Assembly: GCA_010015585.1 (NCBI GenBank)
Contig: ML975187.1
DNA from: Eremomyces bilateralis CBS 781.70
Taxonomy: Eukaryota
Direction: 5' to 3' (one strand)
DNA: 49,193 nucleotides
Under the pieces are notes generated by a model. The model was not told the origin of the DNA and made no database searches. It saw only the letters and a list, made by a program, of their open reading frames with translations. The position numbers and the translations under genes are program-made. Below are positions 1-9,248 of the stretch, in pieces (position 1 is the stretch's first letter; the number at the start of each line of letters is the position of its first letter).

Positions 1-1097
1 GCGAGATATCGCTGTTCAGTTTGGTGTGCATCCCGCTCACCTACGGCTTGTGATACCTCAGCATACCGACCGAGTGCAGATTGGAAGCAACTACCACGAT
101 TATCGTAACGGACCAAGTGACATCGGATCTCTGGTTACAGTAGACTTGGTGACACTGCCAGGTTTGCAGAAAGTCGGGAATGGGAGGGGCGGTTTGCAGG
201 GTGTCCTGACAATTGTACCTTGTGAAATCTGCACTCAAACGGACGCGGAATAGGCCGCTTTACTCGGCTGGCTTCATTAAACGGTTTCGTAGGCCGTGCG
301 ACAGGAGCCCGGAAGTTCCAATTGTGGAGCCTTGATGATGGATAAGGACTCCATAGATGTTGGGAATACCTACGTACGGCCTATCCTAGTTCAATTGTAG
401 GTATGGTGCGTCCAAGAGAGTGGTGGGTTTTCCTGACATTTCCTCGTCAATATTGTTTCTAGACAACAGTCCGAGAAGCAAATCATCGTTTGATATTAGA
501 TATCCACAGAAAAGAGGCTCCATATTGTGACTATATTTCTGCTTTGACCGGAGCAAACCAGAGGCAAGCAGTACTGGAACTGAAGCGGCATTAACCACCT
601 ATCCTTCTGAAAATTTGTCCAATCTCAGGCATGGACTATCAAGATGCCGTTTATGCAATTATGTTTACTTGTAATACATTTTTTTAGCAAAATACACGGA
701 AATCAGTAGATCATGCCGAGTAGATCATATCACTGATTTCCTGAAGGCTGAGTGCCTTGCAGGTAGATTTTAGACACGTCACTATCACTATGGTACCATT
801 GCATGCGGCTGAGAAGGCGTTCTGAATCTTTCATCGACAAATTAACACCTTCTTTTGGCCGCAAGCGGCCTCGCTGGTTAGGTCTAGACTTTTCTGGTGT
901 TCAAATGCAAGCCTTCGGAGAGACAAGGCTAGTAGGTACGGAGGGATGAGGCTGAGCTTCCCAATCTTTGACCTCTCTGGCTTTCCGGCATACCCGGGCT
1001 AATAATATGGTTTATGAGAAAGTCATAAGTTCTCATTTCTCTCGTTTCGGTGCCCGCCAATGGACTGCCGGAAATCTGGTGTTGCTTATTAGTCCCA

Positions 1098-2347
1098 ATG
1101 GGAGGAGAGCTTAACGGACTGTGGGATGTTCCCACCAAGACAGTGTCATCTGGTATTGGTATGTCCGTGTGGAATGGACTGGCAGCCTTGCTTGTCACGA
1201 TACCGGTTGTAACCCTCACGATAAACACGATAAGACTTGGACATAGAGCATGGCCGCAGACGCGCGTCTTGAATTACGGGCTTATATGTCTGAGCCTGTA
1301 AGTCGAAAGCTCAACTCCTAGCACTGTGGGAAATATTTGAACCAGAGAATAATAATAACGCTCATCCAGATACCTCATTGTCCACTGGATTGACTCCATC
1401 ATCCACGTATCTCGAACGAAAGTGACGTACGGCTATATCCTCATTTCAACCTTCTTCAGCGTCCTCAAGATTATATCGGACGTGCTTGTCCTTTGCGGGA
1501 GTCTGAAGCTGCTCTTTCGACTCGAACACCTATCTCCTCGGTTTGGAATGGTAGAGTACAGAGGGTTAAACCGGCTCTTCCTCGCATTCCTCTTTCTTTC
1601 ATTTTATCATATCTGCCTCCTTTTTGCGCGTGATATCGCTTGGTTGTACGCTTCGGACCCTCAGGTCATACAACTACTCGCAACGGCTCGGAATGGGTTT
1701 GAAATCGCATATATGGCCATGCAGTTTTTGGGAGCAGTGATTGCGTTCTCTTGGGCTCGTGATCTTGATACGGTATCCATCAGCGGCTACTATCAGAGAT
1801 ATATAGTAAGCACAGACATCTGTTGTTATAGATCCTTGTTCTCGGAGGACTCGAAATGGCTGATTTCAGATTATAGCGGGAGGCACCTGTTTCATTACTC
1901 TGCCTTGTTGCGCGCTCTTTCTGTGAGATTGTCATCGTTGGTCAGCTAGACCGATGGCCGGCGCATTTGGCAACAATCTTCCGTGCCAGAGACGTTACGT
2001 ACAGTCTCTTCAGTATAGCCTTTACCTTGTTCATATCCTTTAGACAGCCGAATAGTCCCAAGGATAGCTATATTGCGAAAGAGGAAGACGAAGTACAGGA
2101 GGTGAAGCTGTGGGTCTTGCAAGCAATTGAGCGGAAGTCTGAGAGTGGAAGAGCTACGGCGCCAGAATTGGAAAGTACACTTCAACAACTCGAAAGGGAG
2201 TTGGAGTCCAAGAAAGTTTTGCAGAATGGTTTTCTTGTACCAAAAGATACGCAGGGTTTGAATTATAGGTCGACAGAGGCACAGCTCCTAGAAATTGAGC
2301 GGATCCGGATGTTGTACAGAGCATGGACACCTGTCTGTAAGGGATGA
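1098..2347 (+). CDS. Multi-pass (about 6-7 TM) fungal membrane protein with C-terminal soluble tail, function unknown
   Basis: ORFs 1050-1301, 1422-1949 and 1967-2347 join in frame via introns 1298-1369 (GTAAGT..AATAAC..CAG) and 1806-1876 (GTAAGC..CTGAT..TAG); several hydrophobic helices. Start codon uncertain (ATG 1098 used). Confidence 0.65.
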
Positions 2348-2469
2348 AAATATGACAATCTCTTTTTGAATGGTACCGGTACTTTACAATGAATTGGACA
2401 ACTAAATGAAATCGACTTGTCGCCATCTCCGTTAATATCTGCCCAGAAGTTGTTTACTTCAATTCCCTT

Positions 2470-5400
2470 TCAATGATTTATCCCCGACCTCAGCATCGCG
2501 CATGCAACCTGCATTGCCGGCTCCACATGGCGTCTCGGCGGGCATACGTAATTCGGAGGCAGCAAAAATACGTATCTTACCAGTACTCGCTTCTCATCCG
2601 TCACCAGGTGGACTTTTCCATGTGGGCTAGGTGCATACGCCGCAAGTTCGCACCCCAACATCACGTTTAAGTTGTTCAGTGCGCTGTGCCTCCAGCTTTG
2701 TCCCGTACTTCCAGAAAAGTGAATGGAGGTCCGTTGGTCGTCGCCGAGGTATATTCCTGACCCATAGGTGGAGCCATGCAAAATGGCCCGCCCGTGCATA
2801 ATCCGAAGACCGTTGGCGAGGATAGAAAATAAGCGTGATGCGGTCGTGCCGTGGAACGCGATGTTGCTATTCAAGGAGGCACCAGTCTGAGCTTGGTATT
2901 GAACCTCGCGTTCGTAGTGCGAGTTGAGAAGGATGAACTGTTTAGAGTGTCCCATGCTCGGGACGCGGAAACCATCGGGCACTGAAAGCATGAAACCACG
3001 GAACTTGAGGCACATCCATAAAAGTAGATCCTCGCGGTCCTTGCCGTAACCATCGTTGCTGCTGAGATGAATTGCAGTGTAAAGGTCATCGGCAGTTTGA
3101 AGGGTTGCAAGTGGCGGTAAAGAGTCAATTATCGACCTGAGTCGCGATGGAAGTAGGGGACAATCAGGGAGAAGATCGATAGGTGCGGTGTCCGTAGCAG
3201 CGGCGTAGATACTGGTAAGCAGGAGGTCCACAGCCAGCGGGTCAACAATCAGATTGTGCAACTGGACTTCAAGCGATGCCTTCCGGAGGTTGGTGGAGCA
3301 GCGTTGAGAACAGGACGTTGGCTTCCAAAGTTTGACAGATAGAGATCTGGAACAGAGCACGCAAGAGTGTGGAGACTGATTGATGAGGTTTTCGACAAGT
3401 GAGTGGATATCTTTGAGGATGGTTTGGCCTGTCGACAAAGTGTTTAAGAGAAATCCATGAACTTGTACCGCTATGGTACATGTAAACAGGTCCATAGGTT
3501 TATTGCAAAGCCATTGAGTTGGCCGAACTTCCGGGGAGTCCCAGACCTCGTGATGGGCAAGGTCATCATCCTGGGGATGGTAATGGATGCAGAATCGTGC
3601 TGCTAGATCGGTTCCACGCTTGCTTTGCAAGCAGAGTCGGACAATGAGGATTCGAGCATGAGCAGGTATGCCTCTTGCGCGGCGCTGAAGATCTCCAAGA
3701 GTCGTGAGAGGGAAGCTAATCTCATACTCGCCATGTCCATCCAAGATCGTCTCGACAGCTTCTGTCAAGTTGCCGTTCAAGTTTTCGTTGATCGATCGTC
3801 CGCCTCTTGGGCTCTCCACGCCAATTCGGTCAAGCAACCTGTCAGCCCGCCCTGGCTCCTGACGCCGCAGTCGTACTCGCAGCGTCTCTAGGTCTCTTGC
3901 TCGACGAATCAGAGAGTCATGAGCCCCCAGGAGCCGAGTAACTGTAGCCCTTATCAAGAATGGGGTAGGTAGAACAGAACCGTTCGGGAAGAGAAGGTTT
4001 TGTATGCAGAGGAACGCTTCTGAATCTTGGCTGGAATTTTCTGGGAGATGTCGCCATGCATTGATCAGGCCGTTTAAACCTTCTGGTGGCCACCCGTCTC
4101 TCAGCCTTACTAGCACTGACTCGCAAACTTGTCTCCCACGAACAGTGACCTTTTGAATAGCAAGCAAACAATTGAGGACCAGCTCAACTTGACTACCATC
4201 ATGACCAATGTGGGCCAAGATTTGTCGGGTTAGTTGTGTCCGGTTGACCCTATTCTGAAAAATGTCGAGGAGCTGTCCAAAATGTGCTTGATTGCTTGGG
4301 AAATAGATCCATACAAATTCTCGTCGCCCAAATTGACTTTCAAGGATGAAATCAACGGCATTTGGGGGTTGAGTCACTTTGTCCCACCATTGCAGTTGCT
4401 CCTGGGTAAGTCCAGTCCCTGAAATAGGGAGATGGGAGCGAACTGGATCGATCAAATTTTTCAAGTCGAGGACATATGTCTGCCACTGATCGAGCTCAAT
4501 CGATTTCGCGACCTTCTCTAGATACCCATCACCTTGCTCTTGAATCAAGGCAGTGAGTAATAGAAGCCAGCAGGGATTTTCCAACTGGTTCAGGTGACGG
4601 CGTTCTTTGATGTATTTCGCAAAATTTTGGACGCTCTGTATGTTACCCGCCTGTAACAGGTGCCTCATTTCATCCACGTACAAGTCAACTTCTACGAGCA
4701 TGACGGAGAGACATTCAGTATACCAAGCGTATTCTAGGCTCTTGACTCTCCCAATTATGCGTGCAAAATCCGCTCGACTTGTGTCAGGAGACGTTCGCCA
4801 GAATTGTACTTCCTTTTGGATTTCATCCAGCGTAAATTGCTTACCGGTGGATATTTCAAGTCCACCAATGATGCTCTCCAGGAAGGACTTGAAGCGGAAT
4901 CCGTCGCGATTACCCGTCTCTTGGACATGGTGGAAGATTGCTTCAACACTATCCCGTGGTGGAATCCTAGAGAAGCGCTTAATGACTCCCGATGGAACAT
5001 ATTCATGCACCCAGCGAGCGCGGCATATCGCAGAGCCCAGATCGTAAATGAGCATTCCAACATACTCGCCGGTTAAACCGTCTAACAATTGACCACGAAA
5101 GACATCTTGAGCTTGCTTAAGGGTATCCGTTGTGAGATCGGCTATGCCGTGCGGTGTAATGGTACTGGTTCGTTCGAAAACGGCATAGGTCAAGTTTGTG
5201 AGGGTAGTGATCACGAATACGATTCGGTCTTCTAGAGTCGAGTGTTGATGTGAATTTTTGAGTAGGCATACCAGTGCCTGGCACAAACCGTTGTCTCTTG
5301 TGGCTACACCCAATTCGAGTAGGGCCATACCGTCAACGTCAGGGGACGGCTCAATGCAGGTGTGGATGAACAAGTCGATGGCGGCACGTCCGACGCAATG

Positions 5401-6348
5401 AGCTTGGTAGAGGATATCGAGGACTCTATCAAGAGTCGCCAAGTCTTGTGGGCGTACATATAATCGCTCGTAGCAGGTTGGCTCAAGCAACTGCAGACTC
5501 TCGTGCGCTCGAGCAACCATGTCGGGACCATCCAAGTCGTAGATGTGTAGCAGCTTCACCCGTTGCTCATCATCCAAGTCTGCATGTTCCCATTCACGAA
5601 TCCGTTCCAGTTTTGGACGCCATATTTTTAGGAGATGCCAGCTCGGGAAGAAGTCATCAAGTAGCTGCAAAACCTCATTCCCGACTGTTTCTTCGTTGAT
5701 ATCCTGAAGCCAGGAACATGTGTTGTATAGGGTTGCAAAACATCGTTGCTGGATGAAATGAGGCACCTCACGCTCAACCCGCGATCGAGTGCTCGATATT
5801 GCCAGGACAGCCCATATAATGTCGTTGGTTATGAACTTTGTCACTATCCGAGCGATAAGGGCTTCAGTCAGTTGCCTAATCCAGTCAAGGTGTCTTTGCT
5901 GGCTTGATAGTAACACCAAAAGTGCCCGGACGACTCTTATCTCCTCTTCACCAACTATCGCGGGCCTTAACTGATAGGCGATGCCAACACAGCGAAGGTA
6001 TCGCTCTGCAGTTAAGTCCTTCAGCGCTAGGAGATACATCGATGCAAGAAACGGAGAAAAGGCGGAGAAACAAGAAAGCACAGCGATATCTCGAGTCGAC
6101 GGCGATTTTTCCACATGGTCGTTAATCAAATCGCGCAGAAGATTATCGCGTTCATCGCCTATGGAAGTCTCAGACGCAACGCCAGCAGTTGATACTCTCA
6201 GTGCCTCAACCCATGATGACTTAGGGTGAGGATGACCATTGGTGAGGTATTCCGCCAGCTCGGAGAAAGCCTCAACCTGTTGCTGCCATCTCCTTCTGGA
6301 AGATGACACATCATTCCTAGTGAGGAGAGCCTGGGGTCTCCACTTCAT
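2470..6348 (-). CDS. Large PARP-family (PARP6/8/16-like) ADP-ribosyltransferase: long helical N-terminus, C4 zinc-finger-like motif, C-terminal ART domain
   Basis: Uninterrupted ORF (first ATG 6348; frame open to 6420). C-terminus has IAFHGT..SILANGL..YGSGIYL..S..FS and LVRYVFL, preceded by CVLC-x13-CSQRC and VDLLLTSIYAAA, resembling the PARP6/8/16 pre-catalytic region. Confidence 0.85.
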   Translation of the reverse strand: MKWRPQALLTRNDVSSSRRRWQQQVEAFSELAEYLTNGHPHPKSSWVEALRVSTAGVASETSIGDERDNLLRDLINDHVEKSPSTRDIAVLSCFSAFSPFLASMYLLALKDLTAERYLRCVGIAYQLRPAIVGEEEIRVVRALLVLLSSQQRHLDWIRQLTEALIARIVTKFITNDIIWAVLAISSTRSRVEREVPHFIQQRCFATLYNTCSWLQDINEETVGNEVLQLLDDFFPSWHLLKIWRPKLERIREWEHADLDDEQRVKLLHIYDLDGPDMVARAHESLQLLEPTCYERLYVRPQDLATLDRVLDILYQAHCVGRAAIDLFIHTCIEPSPDVDGMALLELGVATRDNGLCQALVCLLKNSHQHSTLEDRIVFVITTLTNLTYAVFERTSTITPHGIADLTTDTLKQAQDVFRGQLLDGLTGEYVGMLIYDLGSAICRARWVHEYVPSGVIKRFSRIPPRDSVEAIFHHVQETGNRDGFRFKSFLESIIGGLEISTGKQFTLDEIQKEVQFWRTSPDTSRADFARIIGRVKSLEYAWYTECLSVMLVEVDLYVDEMRHLLQAGNIQSVQNFAKYIKERRHLNQLENPCWLLLLTALIQEQGDGYLEKVAKSIELDQWQTYVLDLKNLIDPVRSHLPISGTGLTQEQLQWWDKVTQPPNAVDFILESQFGRREFVWIYFPSNQAHFGQLLDIFQNRVNRTQLTRQILAHIGHDGSQVELVLNCLLAIQKVTVRGRQVCESVLVRLRDGWPPEGLNGLINAWRHLPENSSQDSEAFLCIQNLLFPNGSVLPTPFLIRATVTRLLGAHDSLIRRARDLETLRVRLRRQEPGRADRLLDRIGVESPRGGRSINENLNGNLTEAVETILDGHGEYEISFPLTTLGDLQRRARGIPAHARILIVRLCLQSKRGTDLAARFCIHYHPQDDDLAHHEVWDSPEVRPTQWLCNKPMDLFTCTIAVQVHGFLLNTLSTGQTILKDIHSLVENLINQSPHSCVLCSRSLSVKLWKPTSCSQRCSTNLRKASLEVQLHNLIVDPLAVDLLLTSIYAAATDTAPIDLLPDCPLLPSRLRSIIDSLPPLATLQTADDLYTAIHLSSNDGYGKDREDLLLWMCLKFRGFMLSVPDGFRVPSMGHSKQFILLNSHYEREVQYQAQTGASLNSNIAFHGTTASRLFSILANGLRIMHGRAILHGSTYGSGIYLGDDQRTSIHFSGSTGQSWRHSALNNLNVMLGCELAAYAPSPHGKVHLVTDEKRVLVRYVFLLPPNYVCPPRRHVEPAMQVACAMLRSGINH

Positions 6349-6836
6349 CGGTCGCGCTCCTGGATTAGGATGGCATAGGGTAGTTTTCGTCTCAAGGATC
6401 GAACCATATGGCAGAGACAAAAAATAAGCCTGTGTTTTAGATTCTAGGACTAAAATGCGGGAACAAAATGACTAGAGATGGAGAGGATGAATGAGTTGCG
6501 AGGCTGAAGCATGAAGAGATAATAATACCCGTGATAATTTCTTGTGCAAGGCAGACAAGAAAGGCCAGAGTTCAGCCTCATGGCGGGGGTTCAGGCACAA
6601 CCGAAATACCAGCTTCAGTGCTGAAGGGTATCTATGTTTAACATGCGCGATAGGTTCCTAGCCACAAATTGGATCGCGTTAATTGGTCCCATACTTGGAT
6701 CTTGATACTCTCTGGGATGAAGTCATGGAGTAGCCTCAGCCTTGCGATACGACCACCGGTGCTCATCTTGGAGAACGATATAGTGAACCTGTATACCTTC
6801 GCCATTAGCTATACCTCTAAAACTTAAGGACTCACA

Positions 6837-8216
6837 ATGGGGAACTTCGCTTCGCCTAATTCAGAAGACCTTAAAGATGACAAGGAGACAAATGTGCTGG
6901 CAGAGCTCTACCATGCTCTCGACTCACAGCCCACGGGTGTCGAGATACACGAGATGTTGGTTGGTGCCTGGGAGTCAATAGGGGAATTAGGTAAACACTC
7001 ACATACCATAGACATTGAAGTTCTGGCAGATGCTGATGATCACAATGGGTAGACATGGCATATGGTGCTGCCGATGTGCTTCTTCAGCTTGACCCCCGAA
7101 ACAACGTAGCATCGGAATACCTTCGGCATACAAAGTTCAGCAGAAGTCGGGACGAGAGAATGTCTGCATGCGAGGTTCTCCATATGGAGAAAAGGCTAGA
7201 AAAAGGTTATAGATCGCTCCGTCTTGACGCCGAAATCCTCAGTGTGGAGCTCTCATCGCCATTCATTCGGGATGCCTCAGACAATCAAGCAAAGGCATTG
7301 TCCGTTCTTGATTCAATCAGCAGCGGCAAGGTTTCATCCGCGGTATCCGTCAGCCAACCGGTCTCGGTACGCGAGGCCGCCAGAGGAGTCCTTGCCAACT
7401 TCGAGCAGGCAACGGAGCTGATACTGGAGGATTTTGAAGAAGTCGTGCAATGGATGACGAATCAAATCGGGAAACTAGACACAGAAAAGATCCGACAAAG
7501 GCTCGCAAAACGACGGACGCATCTCGAAGCCGCGCTCCCCGAGTCGATGCAGAAGAACATCGCCACGGCGTTTCAGCTGACCGAAAGAGACCATCTGCAG
7601 AGGAAGTACGAGAACACAGAGACTATATACGGAGATAAAATAGAAGATATCCCGCCGGCGAACTTCTTCGTCTCGGAAGATAACTATGCCTTTGATATGG
7701 AAGAGCTAGCTCAGGGCATCGCGATCCAAGACGGGGTGATGCGAAACCTGCTCAGCCGGCAAATGTTCTCGCAGTCCGACATCCAGACCATTCTCGCGCA
7801 CCCGCTCGGCGAGCGCTTAAAGCCCTTAGAGGAGGCACAGCAGCGATTGAAGAAGGGCGTCCGCACCGCCACGATCGCCCGGATCGAGGAACTGGGGAAG
7901 ATCATGCTGGCGGATCACTCCATGGACGGCGGGAAGAGTCAGGAAGGGGTGGAGGAATTCCTCGCGTTCGTCGCGACGCTTCCGTCCGCGGAACAGGATA
8001 CCGTCAGGCAACTGAAGGTACCGGCGGCAGATAATCATACGGGGCAGCCGTTCGACTATTCCATTGCGGAATCCATCGATGATGCGAGAGCGGGGACGAC
8101 ATGCTATCACAAGGTAAGCCATCCGCCCTATTCTAGAGATATATTGGGGACAAAACTCACTCTGATAGGTTGGCGACTTTCTATCTCAAGCCGCGGATTT
8201 CCTGCGCCAGCAATAG
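6837..8216 (+). CDS. Uncharacterised protein: TPR-like N-terminus, helical middle, degenerate U-box/RING-like segment, C-terminal TCYHK motif
   Basis: Exons 6837-6990, 7053-8113 and 8169-8216 joined by introns 6991-7052 (GTAAAC..GCTGAT..TAG) and 8114-8168 (GTAAGC..CTCAC..TAG); ends TCYHKVGDFLSQAADFLRQQ*. The gene model is solid; the domain labels are inference. Confidence 0.8.
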
Positions 8217-9248
8217 CGACGAACTTTTCATCTTCAACTATCCGACGTAGACCTACATGTTCCGGATAAAGTACGTGCTAGAGGGATTGTAAAGGTCGCG
8301 TGGAGGGCGACACGTACAAATGGCACGATCTCATGACCTTTACGAACGGAAGAGGGGAGGCTACCGGCTCTTTTATATAAAAAGGCAAGCAAGTGTTCAC
8401 AGAATCAAAAACATTGATGATCATAAATATATTACCGTTTTCGTTGTTTGATTTCGATATCGATGCGATAATAATGAGGTTTCGATATTCAGTCACGTGA
8501 AACGCGGTCTATCTTGAAATCCTTCACCGAAGTATCAGAGTCAGGGCTCTGTCACAAAAGCAGGTCGTCAACCCCATCTCACAAGCTACCAAGACGTAGG
8601 CACATAATAGTAAAGACAAGCTTTTATAGAATCATCTGTACTAGGTACCTAGGTATTCGTACCCGGCATCTTAAATCCGCCCAGCGCCGATCCATGCGAT
8701 AATGCTGGAAGAAAATGGACGCATGCACAACATGAAAATGCCTGCTGCCGATCCATGAGCGGATGGAATTCCGAATTTGTGTCGTTCGTTTCGCAAAACG
8801 ACGACCGAGAAGTGTGTGTTGTGTTCTATGACATTATCATCGTGCCTGTTTGATCGTCTCCATCTATTGAGTGTGGATCGAATCCACTGCGTGCATCCAT
8901 GCGATGCGAAAACCCCCTCTCTCGCTTCGCTGCTTATCGTCGCATTGCGTGAGAATCTTCCGAAAAGGTGGGAAGAAGAATGACGCGGTCGGACGGGAGG
9001 ATAAAGGAAGGAAGGGAAGGGACAGGAAGAGGTAGTGAAGAAGCCCGAAAGAACCATCCGCTAACCCGGAGAGAGGGGCATGGAAAAGGAAGAAAATCCG
9101 CCGAGCAAGATGCTGGGATGCATCGTTGTACACTGGCAAATGCGCTGAACCACCGCTCGACAACCGCTCGACAACCGCTCACCAACACCAACACCGCCAA
9201 CATCAACATCACCAACACCAACACTGAACGCCCTACCACAGGGACACC

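Noticed and set aside
1..700. Short ORFs at the window start
   Set aside because: No consistent reading frame, motif or splice model found.
9150..9225. ACAACCGCTCG and ACCAAC short repeats
   Set aside because: Simple low-complexity repeats in the UBP12 3' UTR; no spacer structure, so not a CRISPR array.
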